DNA from: Octopus bimaculoides
Lineage: Eukaryota
Reading direction: 5' to 3'
Assembly: GCF_001194135.2 (NCBI RefSeq)
Contig: NC_068990.1
Span: 2,398,159-2,462,158 of the forward strand
Length of the DNA stretch: 64,000 nucleotides
The notes beneath the pieces were generated by a model. That model worked only from the letters and a program-made list of their open reading frames with translations. It did not search any database and had not been told where the DNA came from. Below, one piece after another: positions 38,543 through 51,183 of this stretch (its first letter is position 1; the number at the start of each line of letters is the position of its first letter). A program made the position numbers and the translations under genes.

Positions 38543-41291
38543 NNNNNNNNNNNNNNNNNNNNNNNNNNNNNNNNNNNNNNNNNNNNNNNNNNNNNNNNNN
38601 NNNNNNNNNNNNNNNNNNNNNNNNNNNNNNNNNNNNNNNNNNNNNNNNNNNNNNNNNNNNNNNNNNNNNNNNNNNNNNNNNNNNNNNNNNNNNNNNNNNN
38701 NNNNNNNNNNNNNNNNNNNNNNNNNNNNNNNNNNNNNNNNNNNNNNNNNNNNNNNNNNNNNNNNNNNNNNNNNNNNNNNNNNNNNNNNNNNNNNNNNNNN
38801 NNNNNNNNNNNNNNNNNNNNNNNNNNNNNNNNNNNNNNNNNNNNNNNNNNNNNNNNNNNNNNNNNNNNNNNNNNNNNNNNNNNNNNNNNNNNNNNNNNNN
38901 NNNNNNNNNNNNNNNNNNNNNNNNNNNNNNNNNNNNNNNNNNNNNNNNNNNNNNNNNNNNNNNNNNNNNNNNNNNNNNNNNNNNNNNNNNNNNNNNNNNN
39001 NNNNNNNNNNNNNNNNNNNNNNNNNNNNNNNNNNNNNNNNNNNNNNNNNNNNNNNNNNNNNNNNNNNNNNNNNNNNNNNNNNNNNNNNNNNNNNNNNNNN
39101 NNNNNNNNNNNNNNNNNNNNNNNNNNNNNNNNNNNNNNNNNNNNNNNNNNNNNNNNNNNNNNNNNNNNNNNNNNNNNNNNNNNNNNNNNNNNNNNNNNNN
39201 NNNNNNNNNNNNNNNNNNNNNNNNNNNNNNNNNNNNNNNNNNNNNNNNNNNNNNNNNNNNNNNNNNNNNNNNNNNNNNNNNNNNNNNNNNNNNNNNNNNN
39301 NNNNNNNNNNNNNNNNNNNNNNNNNNNNNNNNNNNNNNNNNNNNNNNNNNNNNNNNNNNNNNNNNNNNNNNNNNNNNNNNNNNNNNNNNNNNNNNNNNNN
39401 NNNNNNNNNNNNNNNNNNNNNNNNNNNNNNNNNNNNNNNNNNNNNNNNNNNNNNNNNNNNNNNNNNNNNNNNNNNNNNNNNNNNNNNNTATATATATGTA
39501 TATATATATATATATATACATATATTTGTGTGTGTAAGCTTGTAAGTATAAGCGTATGTATGTATAGAGCTTTCAGTAATGTTTCAATACAATTTATTTG
39601 GCAGGCATTGCATATCTATCAGTTGTTATGTAAAAGTTATAAATTGAATCACTATAGAAACAACAAAATAAATTTTATGGAAAACAATAAACGCAGTTTT
39701 GATTGCTTCATATTTCTCAAGAGGTTTGCAAATATATATGTACAATTGATTGATTTTACTCGACGAAACAAGAACGATTCTCACACGGTTTTCAGTGAGG
39801 CGATACTTAATTTAGGGTGCTATTTTCAATATGCTATTTAGTGAGTCTTACAATATATTTAAGTTTTGACGTAACATTGCAGACCGAGTATATATCGCAA
39901 ATCAACCAGGTGTAATTTTCTCATTTCTAACCTATACATATCAGATAACATTTGAAATATACACATTTCCATTCAATAATTTGTTATTGTACATCACTCC
40001 CGTTTCTAAAGCTGTGAACTGTTTCTTCACATTGGAGATATTTAGAATCATCTGACATATAAACCAGGAATTAATTATCACCTCCACTCAAATAATGATG
40101 CTTCAGTAACTGGATATCAAATATTAAGCTCATAATTGCAATCTATTTTCTGCCATTGTATTAAATGAGCATTTCTTCTGTTACCGTCGATTTGCACAGG
40201 TCGCTATATGTTTGGAAGTTAATAATACATGGAATTTATTATCTTCAAAGGGAGATTGGAACCGCTAGTGGGATTACGCCTTCATCGGCCCCTACAATAA
40301 ATGCTAAAGCGAGATGATACACTTGAGGTTATGAACTGTAGTCCGCTTGAGTGAAAACCCTGGGATATACAAGTATCAGACGATTAGATTGACAAAACAA
40401 CATGACTGGTTGTTTATTTTCTTTCATGGGGATCAAGCCTCGAAAGTTGGAAAACAAATAGGATACTGTTCAATTGAACTCAGAATCCGAGGCACAGAAA
40501 ATTATACTGTAAGACATAGAAGCGGCTAACGACAAGTCATTTTGCAAATCGACAACACGCGAGATTCAATACTTTATGATGTATATAAAACTCTATCCTG
40601 CAATGTATATTCTACGGTTGTTGTATTATTATACACTCGTGTTTCTTTTTCACCTACCTATTTTCTATTTGATTTTATTTGGCAGATTCCACAATTAAGA
40701 AATACTATTTCCTTCTGCGAGACACTTATTCAAAAGAAATATTTATGCTTTTTTTCTTTATCGCTTGCCAAGTTCTATATTTGAAATCAAATGAGCCGTT
40801 TTGCTTTAGAAAGGAATTATTTAACATGGCATCATCAGGTTTTACCGCTTCGTCTGGTGGTTGTTACTGTATTTCTTTTGGATGACTGTTTAATATAAGT
40901 GGTTTGAGGAATTTGATCCAAGTGATAATGATAGATTTGCAGAATATGGTTTCTTTGGACAATTTCATGAACAGATATTTATTTGCCTACGCCTCGGCGA
41001 TTTAGGGATTTTCTTTATAACTTTGGCATATAATTATTATGGTCTTCAAACTTTGTTATTGCCAATTATTCGTTTAATTCACGCTAGTTTGATTAGGAGA
41101 ATGCGCTGAAAGTAAAATTATATATGTCTATTAAAACTAATGGTGATTCGGTCCAGAAATCTAACGTGTTGCACAATGCTAGGAGAATCTTCAATTTCTA
41201 TACACACACACACACACACACACACGCGCGAAAATGCACACACGCATATACGTAACATACGAAGACACGCATGCATATGCATATCAGAATT

Positions 41292-41323
<32 letters not shown>

Positions 41324-42073
41324 CAGGAGTGTGTATGTTTGTGTGCGTCCGTTTACGTGTGTATGTAATGGTGTGTGTCTGTGTGTGTGTATGCAGTGAT
41401 GTGCGTGTGCGTGCATATGCATATTTGACGTTTTACGTGTGGCAGTGCGTCGACAACTGGTTGCAGTGTTCAGCTAATGAATATAAGTTAGTGGAGTCAG
41501 TCTATAGAACCTTTGTGTCATTAAGTAAAGCAATTTAATTGACATTGCCTCAGTCAGTTGAAATGAGAATCAGCTGCATTTTTATGCAAATGCCTCTCAT
41601 TCCATCCAGCTGTCACATACTCGACGTTCCTTTGTTTTGCGAACTCTTAAAGAATAGGTATTGGAAGCAGCTAGCTAAAGTATCTCTAAGTGCTATCAGG
41701 CCACACACGTTTGCCGTTACTGCTGTACTTTTACATTACTTGTTAAGGTTATCTCTACAGATATTCTCAAGAAATTATCGTCAGGACTGATTTTAAAACA
41801 ATGTTTCGTATAAGGGATGTTAAATGTAAACAAAGAATGAAGTCGTCAAAAATAAAAAACAGAAACGAAAAGGAAAGCTAGTTTATAGTAATATAATAAC
41901 CGTAGAATATACATGGCTGGCTAGAATTTTATATACATCACAAGGTTCGAAACTCACGTGTTGTCGATTTTCAAACTGACTTGTATTGTGTGTGTGTGTG
42001 TGTGCGCGCGCCCACGCAGTTTATATACACCTACATACATGTAAACATATATATATTTCTTTTTTTTTCATTT

Positions 42074-42278
42074 TCTTTTACTTATTTCAGTCATTTGACT
42101 GCGGCTATGCTGGGGCACCGCCTTAAAGGGTGTTAGTCGAAGAAATCAACCCCAGGACTTATTCTTTTCAAGCCTAGTACTTATTCTATCTGTTATTTTT
42201 GTCGAACCGCTAAGTTACGGGGACAAACATATTGGTTGTGAAGCGATGGTGGGGGGAAGAAAAAAGACACACACACAT
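42074..42278 (-). mobile_element. SINE family A, 3' half
   Basis: tttcagtcatttgactgcggctatgctggggcaccgcc...gaaccgctaagttacgggg matches the other family A copies. Confidence 0.85.
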
Positions 42279-42965
42279 CAATGATGACGGTTTTGAAAAT
42301 TGTCTAAACAGCCTGCACAAATGATTTGTTTATAGTGATCAAATGTATGTACTGTGTCTTGAAGTTTCTTTTCCGCCCATCTCTATCTATGTTGTCATAT
42401 TTCATATAATGAAAACACTTTCATATTTTAGGCTTCCTTTGCACTCAATAATTATTTTTAAAAAATAAAGAAAAAGAAAAATTAGATAATGAATGCAACT
42501 GTTTCATTTTTATGAACTGAAACAATTTTTCGCAAGGGTGCGCACTTGTATGTAAAATAATTATGATTAACAAAAAAAATATATTAGCAGGATGCTTTGA
42601 AGATAGAAAACATTGAGAAACTTGAAGCAAAAGCAAAATAAGAGCTTTAAACCTGTAGTAATCGGTCTGCCTTATGATCATTTGTAGCCGTCCTGAGTAA
42701 CGCTTTTATTCAGCTATCTTCACTTTGTCTGTCGTAGTAATATGATTAAAGTATTGTAATATCAATGCCTGAAAATGACATCAGTTCGCTCCTGCAGATG
42801 CTTTGTACTTACGGAAGGAAGTCGATACTTGCAAGTAAAAAATTGTGTGTATGTGTTTGCATGTGAATGTATGAAAATACATACATATATATATATATTG
42901 TGTCATATGTAAACAAAAATAAGTTTGCTTTTAAAGCATTGGAATATATTGTAAAACAAGTACAA

Positions 42966-43318
42966 ATATATATTTTTCAACGCGTAAAAACTGATAGAAC
43001 AGCATATATAGGATACAATCCTTTTAAACTAGAATAAAAGTTCGTCGGCAATCAGCCATGAGGATCGAACTCACACCCCTCTAATACCCGGCCAGTGGGC
43101 TCTACCTCTAAGCTGAACTACCAGCCGACAAATTCTTCTGCTATTTTAGACGTTATAAATTCATCCAGAAATGCTGAAAGTAGAGCACTCTGACCGGATA
43201 TTAGAGGGGTGTGAGTTCGATTCTTATGGCTGGTTGCCGACAAACTTTTCTTCCCTCCCTAAAAGGATTTTATCCTATATACACTGTTCTATCAGCATTT
43301 ACGCGTTGAATAATATAT
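42966..43318. mobile_element. Two copies of a tRNA-derived SINE (family E) in divergent inverted orientation
   Basis: The minus copy (42966-43149) and plus copy (43172-43318) share gtagagc...tattagaggggtgtgagttcgat...ttgccgac.aactttt...aaaggatt.tatcctatata...tgttctatcag...tacgcgttgaa. Confidence 0.85.
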
Positions 43319-43667
43319 CTTTCTACTTGTTATATATATATATATATATATGCGGAGCAAATAATTCACGACAAAATAATTTGCGATGGTTAACATTGAC
43401 TCTTTTATTATCTCGTGTAACAATTTTAATATGATAATAAACAGAATCAATAATATAGTCGATTACAGGCCCCAGATAAAAAAAAGCATTAAATAGCTGA
43501 AGGATTAAAATTAATCAAAGGACATACTAATTATGTTTACCTGCTGGAAATAACAGTCTATATTCTTATTTAAATCGCCTAAATACACTGGTAATAACTG
43601 CAGAAATCAACCGCCCGAAGGCAAACGGGCTAAGACAATCTCTCAGCATACATTTAAGTATTGGATT

Positions 43668-43720
43668 CACGTGGGCCAATCTCTGGACTAGCATAATAGT
43701 CTCACCTTCCTCAGCATGCG
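43668..43720 (-). ncRNA. Decayed hammerhead ribozyme (array copy 1)
   Basis: cgcatg-CTGAGGA-aggtgagactattatgctagtcca-GAGA-ttggc-C-cacgtg. GAAA reads GAGA and stem III is eroded. Confidence 0.5.
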
Positions 43721-44070
43721 TTACCATGATAGAGAGCCCAAACCCGTCATATTGGATTCTGCGCTGCAAATGATTCATTTTGCGCCGAATCATGACAGCC
43801 ACCAGTGTGAAAATAATATCAACACGGACAAATAATTCACGAGAAAATAATTTATGAAGATATCACTGACTCTATTTCTAGCTTGTGTAACAATCTAAAA
43901 ATGATAAAAACAGAATTAATAATATAGGCGGTTGCAGGCTCCAGAAGGATTAAGATTAATCAAAGGATATACTAAGTATGTCTACCTGCTGGAAATAACA
44001 GTAACAAAGCTTATTTAAATCGCCCAAATATACTGATAATAACTACAGAAATCAATCTCTATCATGGTAC

Positions 44071-44123
44071 CGGGTGCTGAGGTAGGTGAGGCTATTATTC
44101 CAGTCCAGAAACCGGTCCACGTC
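44071..44123 (+). ncRNA. Minimal type-I hammerhead ribozyme (array copy 3; A9 reads T)
   Basis: cgggtg-CTGAGGT-aggtgaggctattattccagtcca-GAAA-ccggT-C-cacgtc. Palindromic stem III ACCGGT, GUC triplet, predicted cleavage after 44117. Confidence 0.6.
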
Positions 44124-44549
44124 AATACAAATACTTGAATGTATGGTGAGAGATTGTCTTAGCCAGTTTGACTTTGGACGGTTTATTTCTGTAGTTATTA
44201 TCAGTGTATTTTGCTAATTTAAATAAGAGTTTTGACTGTTATTTCCTGCTGCTAGACGTACATAATATGTCCCTTGATTAGTTTTAATCCTTCAGCTATT
44301 TAATACTTTTTTCTGGGGCCTGTAATCGCCTATATTATTGATTCTGTTATTATCATTTTTTAAAATTGTTACACTAGATAATAATAGAGTCAATGATACC
44401 TTTGCAAATTATTTTGTCGTAAATTATTTTTCTCGTGAGTTATTTGCTCCGTATTGAAATTATTTTCACACCAGTGGCTGCCATGATTAGGCGCAAAACG
44501 AATCAGGTGCAGCGCAGACATGACAGGTTGAGGCTCTCTTTCATGGTAA

Positions 44550-44596
44550 CGCGTGCTGAGGAAGGTGAGGTGCCAATCCAGAAACCGATCCACGTG
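44550..44596 (+). ncRNA. Minimal type-I hammerhead ribozyme (array copy 4; stem III G to A)
   Basis: cgcgtg-CTGAGGA-aggtgaggtgccaatcca-GAAA-ccgaT-C-cacgtg. 6-bp stem I, weak stem II, predicted cleavage after 44590. Confidence 0.6.
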
Positions 44597-44766
44597 AGTC
44601 CAAACAGTTGAATGTATGCTAAATGTATGACGTAGCCAGTTTGCCTTCGGAATATTGATTTCTGTAGTTATTATCAGTGTATTTTGGTGATTTAAATAAG
44701 TTTTGACTGTTATTTCCGGCAGATAAATATACTTAGTATATCCTTTGATTAATTTTAATCCTCAAG

Positions 44767-44827
<61 letters not shown>

Positions 44828-44831
44828 CACA

Positions 44832-45207
44832 CGAGTGGGTGCTGTAATGTTCTTAGCTTTGGGTAAAAGAAAATACAGCAGGGTATGTTCATTATGATTT
44901 TATTCAACATATTCCCCTCTCCAATTTACACTCTTACAGCAGCGATCCCTTAGTTTTTCTAAGCCCTATAAAAGAATTCATACATAGAAGAGGAGGCGCT
45001 GAAAATCTCCTGGCTCTAAGGGTATCTCGAAAAGCCTGTTTGGATGCCCAATCTTCAGATTTCTTTTACAGGGCTTAGAAAATCTGGAGCACCGCTGCAA
45101 TAAGTGTGTGAATCTGAGATGGGAATATGTTGAGTATAATCCTAATTGACTGATTCTCCTGTACCTTCTTTTGCCCAAATCCAGGAACATTTCAGCATCA
45201 CCTCCAA
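44832..45207. mobile_element. Mariner-derived MITE with ~145-bp long inverted arms
   Basis: 44832-44976 is the imperfect reverse complement of 45061-45207. The right arm encodes EHRCNKCVNLRWEYVE, resembling the mariner transposase C-terminus (RW.KCV...G.Y.E). Confidence 0.8.
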
Positions 45208-45359
45208 TACACATAATAATACCAGATTTCAGTGATATTCAAAATGTTAAAGTTCATATATTATAGTCATCTTTAACTCTTCACAGAAAGAAAATTAAAT
45301 TGAAATATCTACATGAAAATTCAGGCAGGAACACCTAGCACCTCTCTCTATTTCTTCAG

Positions 45360-45499
45360 CGAAATTTACATCATAAATGCAAACCTGTACATATAATAGA
45401 TATGCAACGTTTGTATAGTAATTGTGTATTATGGTTGCATGATCACAAAAACCGCTTAAAGCATTTGGAATTCTATGAACAAAGCAACATGGGAACATG
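45360..45499 (+). CDS. Candidate internal exon, unidentified
   Basis: ctctctctatttcttcag| RNLHHKCKPVHIIDMQRLYSNCVLWLHDHKNRLKHLEFYEQSNMGT TG|gtaaga. Both splice sites are strong and only one frame is open. No homology recognised. Confidence 0.35.
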
Positions 45500-46509
45500 G
45501 TAAGAAAACGGCATGATGAAGCAGAACTGCTCATATAGAAATGCATTTCTCTGTGATGCAGGGATACAGGTTAAAGTATATGTGATTCTGTGTGAATTAA
45601 TGGTTAATTACAGGTGAACATAAATGCATAAATACGTTTGCATGTTTGTGCGTTTATGCTCGCAGGCAGATGTGAGTATCTATTTAAGCGTATGTTGTAG
45701 GTGCGTATGTGTGTTTACATGTATGATTATATGAATACGTTTAGGATTCTGTATAGATACGTATCTGTGAATTTTTTATATATGGCCATGGGTGAAGATT
45801 TACATGCACGTGCAAACATGCATTTCCCTTTTTATATATTTCCAGATTCTCATATTTTTTTTGCATATTTCCAATTTCTTTTTTTATCAGTAATTTTGCT
45901 CAAACATCAATGGTACGCGATTGTTACAGAAATAATAATATATGATTCGTTGTGTTACTATTGGGTTACAGAACATTCTGTTTCATCGAAAGGTAAGTTA
46001 ACGAAAAAACAAATAAATATTTCACGCATAGATATTAAAATAATAAATTTTATACGAAAAGCATATTTGCATATTAAGTTTTACCTAATGTTATTTCGCT
46101 ATAATCGATGTTTTATATATATATATATATACATATATACATACATACATACATACATANNNNNNNNNNNNNNNNNNNNNNNNNNNNNNNNNNNNNNNNN
46201 NNNNNNNNNNNNNNNNNNNNNNNNNNNNNNNNNNNNNNNNNNNNNNNNNNNNNNNNNNNNNNNNNNNNNNNNNNNNNNNNNNNNNNNNNNNNNNNNNNNN
46301 NNNNNNNNNNNNNNNNNNNNNNNNNNNNNNNNNNNNNNNNNNNNNNNNNNNNNNNNNNNNNNNNNNNNNNNNNTAAATAAAAGTTCTTTTAATTCCTACA
46401 AATGTTTCAAAATATATGAGAAATCTACAAAGAAGTAAGAGCTGCTGGAATTCCACATACATTCATCTTCAGGAAATCAACATATAAAAGCAAGACAAAT
46501 GCGAAATAA

Positions 46510-46640
46510 GATTGTGGGTTCAAATACTGGATCGGCTGATACGTTGTGTTTTTGAGCACAACACGTCACTTCACGTTGCCCTGCGTTCACTTCAACACCG
46601 CACCTGTGATACACCGTGCGACTGTTCATACAAAGTGAAT
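46510..46640 (+). mobile_element. SINE fragment (family C)
   Basis: gggttcaaatactgg...gttgtgtttttgagcacaacacgtcacttcacgttgc. Confidence 0.55.
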
Positions 46641-48176
46641 TTGAGCGTAGGAGTGAACCAAAATACAATACATACATCTGATCGCTACAAACAAATCTTT
46701 TGTGCAGGCTGGTTAGACAATTTTTAGAACTGTCTCTCTCCGACTATGAGGGACTACCATCGTCATAATCATCATCATCATCATCCTCTCTCTCTATATA
46801 TATATGTGTGTGTATGTGTGTGTGTGTGTGTGTGTGCGCGTATGTGTGCGCGCGCGTTTGTATGTATGTGAAAATATCTATAAATTTATGAATGTATGTA
46901 TAATTACACTTTCATTACTATTCGTTCTATTATTCCTTAGAGGTGTGATTATGTTGCACATGTTTAAGAAGTGGATAAGAACATTGTTTAAAGCTTCTGC
47001 ATCGGGATGAGTTTCATCTCTTTAACTGGTCACCAGGTTATCTGAGAAATATGGTACTGTGACTGAAACATGTGAATGCGTTGTTTTCATACGCACAACA
47101 GACTATGTATTGCATATACCAAAGATGCTTCATGGGTTGAATTTCCAGATATTCTTCGATATATATAATCTTAAACAATATCGGCACGTATATTGTTTTA
47201 CTACACAAACGTCAATTGAAAAGTCAATTTCTAAACACTTTATCAGGATGAGTATTTCTTATTTCATTCAGACACTGCTTCCATTCGTGATTATATTCTG
47301 TATGGTTCTTCAGCAAACACAGGTACGCAATATTTTTGTAGACAACTTTATTAGCAATAAGTAAAATCATTTGATATTGTATCGTTTTTCTTATGCTGAT
47401 GTCAAAAGTTTTAAGATAAAACAATGTTCCATGCGAAGGTTATGAATAACTATTGTGTTCAGTTCATGCTTTCTTACTCTTCTCTCTCACCATTTAGATA
47501 TAATATTGCAAATAATATATTACATGAAATCATTATTAAACATCCCTCCTTAATTTTTCTTAGATTAAATACGCGTAGATTGAATACGCGCATGTATCTC
47601 TATGAATGATTTGAATAAAATACGATAACTTTATGAAAGTCAACAGTATAGAGTATTTTTTCTCCCGGAAGCTCAATCAATCACCATCATGTATTAGATG
47701 GTCCAATATATCAGAAATTTTCATAATTTGAAACTTCGTCGCATAGAATTTCATTTTAATCATCGCATGTGCAATATATTTTCTCTTCACCGAAAACATA
47801 AAGTAATCGACAAATTTGCAGATGTAATTGTATTGATAGTTTACAGTCTTAAATAAGGCACTTTAAAATATAATTAAGTTTTTAATTAAGGCACTCTTCT
47901 CTGATCTGTGAAGTTTATCTTCGCGTAAAAGACGGAGTCCTTTGGTGACCACGAGTACAAGACTCTCAGTCATGTGGAACTACATATAAGCTACGCAACT
48001 GAATGTTCATTTCCTCAAAGTGCTCATAGAATCAACAATCTGGAAAAATGCATCTACACACGGACACATTCGTACACACGTTTCTTCATAAGTACACGTC
48101 TGCATGAATGTTTCCTTACAACGTTAAACACGCACATACGTACATACATACATACATACATACATACATACATACA

Positions 48177-48207
<31 letters not shown>

Positions 48208-48224
48208 TCATATTCCGCAACAGA

Positions 48225-48557
48225 AGTTATCCCTGTGAATAGTTTGTCTTCGAGGCTGCTGTCACTTTCTGTGAAGCGTATGAATCAGTTTTGTGCCACA
48301 CATTCGCTTACAATTCCTGGGCTTTCCACATCATTAATTTCTTTAGCCGCTGCCTATGTACCCACCTCTTTTTTTCTGTAGGCGGCGTAGTATGGCTCTA
48401 ATTGCAATTTTTCATGACACATTATCAAATTTGTAAAATAAAGAATAATTCAGCGACGAATGCACAGTAAGTGTATCAAATTAATGATGTAACATGGGGA
48501 CACAAGTTGCAAAATATCATCAGTAAAAATCCGAAAAAATCTTTTGATTCAGCCAGT
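48225..48557 (-). mobile_element. Mariner transposon 5' relic (transposase N-terminal HTH fragment)
   Basis: Minus strand KIAIRAILRRLQKK / AAAKEINDVESPGIVSECVAQN*FIRFTESDSSLEDK, cf. mariner AA.NI..V.G...VS...Q.WF.RF..GD..LED. Confidence 0.7.
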
Positions 48558-48654
48558 CATATATATATATATATATGTATGTATATATATATATATATAT
48601 ACACACATGTATGTGTGTGTTTGTTTAAATATATATATATGTGTATATATACAA

Positions 48655-48699
<45 letters not shown>

Positions 48700-48861
48700 A
48701 GTATGTATGTATATGTATGTATGTATGTATGTATGTGTGTATGTATGTTTGAATGTATGTACGTAAACATATATGGAGAGAGATAGGGAGATAGTTATAG
48801 ATATATAGAGATATGACTTTATATTTTTATATATATAGATATATGTGTGTGTGTGTGTTTG

Positions 48862-48897
<36 letters not shown>

Positions 48898-50562
48898 CAC
48901 ACATTTATATACATACACACATACGCGAATGTCATTGGAAGTGTGTAAACAATTTTCCCTTTCATTAATTAAATACTAGTTGGTTTCTTGCCACTGCACC
49001 AGATTTTACCGAAATGTTACGTTTTAACCTGTTAGAATTTCTATAATAGCATGAATGGAGGAATTAGTGCTTTAGTTCTTCAACACCTTCTGACTGCGTC
49101 TCTATGTTATAACTTGATTGATTGCGCAGCAAACTATTCACTCTGCCTAGATTAACCAGTTTTAACTTGACTAAAACAATTCCGCTTAATTTCCCTTGAC
49201 ATTTCAAACTTACTGGAATCTGAGCTGTAGAATGTCGTTCCACTCGAATAAGTAAACTTTTGTAAATACATTTCCCAGTTCTATATAATTTCTAAGTTCA
49301 TAGTGAAATAAGTAGAATGAAGTACATTCAACGTTTTGAAGATTTGTCAGTTCGGTGTATGTCTGCTCTGTGTATGTCAGCAGAAGCGGTGGAATGATGT
49401 GAAAGCTGATAACGGTATCTTAGATGCGGATGACATTGAGTAATCTGAGGTGATGGCGGGGAAACCGCTGTGTGTGGAGGTTTACCATAAACCAACGAGG
49501 TTTATGGTATCATGCACTACTTCTTTGCCTTTTTCTTGGCAGGTGTGTATCACAAACGGCAGCAAACATTCAAACAAAATCCGGCATCACAAACTAAATC
49601 TTAGTATATTTTTCTCTTGTTATAATATATACACAAGACTGTATTAATGATTGAGTCTTTTTCCCTTTACTAGGAACCACTTTCCCATCAGCTGTATCTG
49701 TATCTGTATAACGTTCATTTACATACGTAAACACGATGTATTTCGTCGCACTGTACGAGGGAAAACTATTTTATTGACAGATTCAACGATATATAGCATG
49801 CCAATAAAACTGGTCATTCTGCAATACCCCTTGTGTCCTTTGAGGAATCATTTATTCCGACCAAGTAACATCAATTGACAGCGAAATGTTGACGGTCATT
49901 TGGGAGTTGGATATGTTAGTCAATGACAGAACAAAGAATAAATGGAAGGAAAAATTGAATTCGCTATACACCGGGTTTATCATCCATTCGGATTATTATC
50001 CTATCAGCCAAGTGCAGTGCAGTTTGTCCTAATAGTTCGAACTTCTGAAGCTCTTACTATACTTACTATAGTAAAATTAACTAGTAAATAAAAAGATATC
50101 AATAATGCATTTTGAATTATGAATATCAACATGAAAGTCTGTAAGAGGTTATCTCGCTCCATTTAGATCACTAATAATCTCGGAAAAAGTTATGAACATC
50201 ACAATAGTCACTTCATCGATGGTCAATAGTCTAGATCATCACGTGTGAATGACTTTTATCTCCGCAAGAGATTCACTCAAAAAGCAAATGCCGTACATGA
50301 AGAGGATAAGCTTAATGAACCGTTTACGTGATAGAGTTTCGAGAAGTCTGTTGCTATTTTCGTTTCATTTACGCTTCAACAATGAAATGAAAACGAAGCG
50401 AACGTTACGATTGGTGCATAGCTATGGCTGCTTGGAGTTATATGGTATTGGTATACTTCTACCTGACACTGTATCGGAAAATATTCATCCCTCTCTTTTT
50501 CTTTTTTGAGAAGTAGGTAACTGGAGTAACTAGAAGGTGCTATCTGCTGAACATAACATCTA

Positions 50563-50635
<73 letters not shown>

Positions 50636-50978
50636 TATTAGGTGTAATGTATACTGAGAAAGGAGTCGTCGGAATGTTGGAAACAAATGGTTTTATTTCT
50701 TCATTATTATTAACGCTTTTGTTCGTTTCTCGAACTTGTCAAATAAAATTTTGTGAATGTACTAACAGCTTGTTTATTTATACAAAACATGTTTTTGGTG
50801 GGTTTTGTTTAAAAGGGGTTTTGTTACAGCTGGTCAGACAAAGACTTGTCATTGAAAGAACTGACCAGCTGTAAACACAATTTACTTCTTTCTTCTTTCA
50901 CCTTTCTTTCTCCTTCCCGTTGACAATCCTTTCAGATACACAGGCACACACACAGACACACACACACACAATCACACA

Positions 50979-51025
<47 letters not shown>

Positions 51026-51140
51026 TCTCTCTCTCTCACTTTTCCCCTTTCCTCACCCTCTTTTACTATCCTATATCTCTCTCTCCACCCCTACATATTC
51101 AAGAGTACTATATAAAGAGACAGATCCTTTGAAGTGAAAT

Positions 51141-51183
51141 CATATCTGAAGAACCTACAAGAATGGGTGAAAGCGCTAATATT
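51141..51183 (+). ncRNA. Apparently intact minimal type-I hammerhead ribozyme (Penelope pLTR type)
   Basis: c-atat-CTGAAGA-accta-caagaa-tgggt-GAAA-gcgcT-A-atat. Full core, 5-bp stem II, palindromic stem III AGCGCT, CUA triplet (cleavage after 51178), 4-bp stem I. Confidence 0.75.

Larger units (their letters stand above)
43352..44766. mobile_element. ~472-bp unit tandem/inverted array carrying hammerhead ribozymes (retrozyme-like or non-autonomous Penelope-derived), flanked by (TA)n
   Basis: Copy 1 forward 43353-43824, copy 2 forward partial 43825-44055, inversion junction near 44056, copy 3 reverse 44056-44451, copy 4 reverse 44452-44766. Hammerhead cores occur in copies 1, 3 and 4. Confidence 0.75.
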
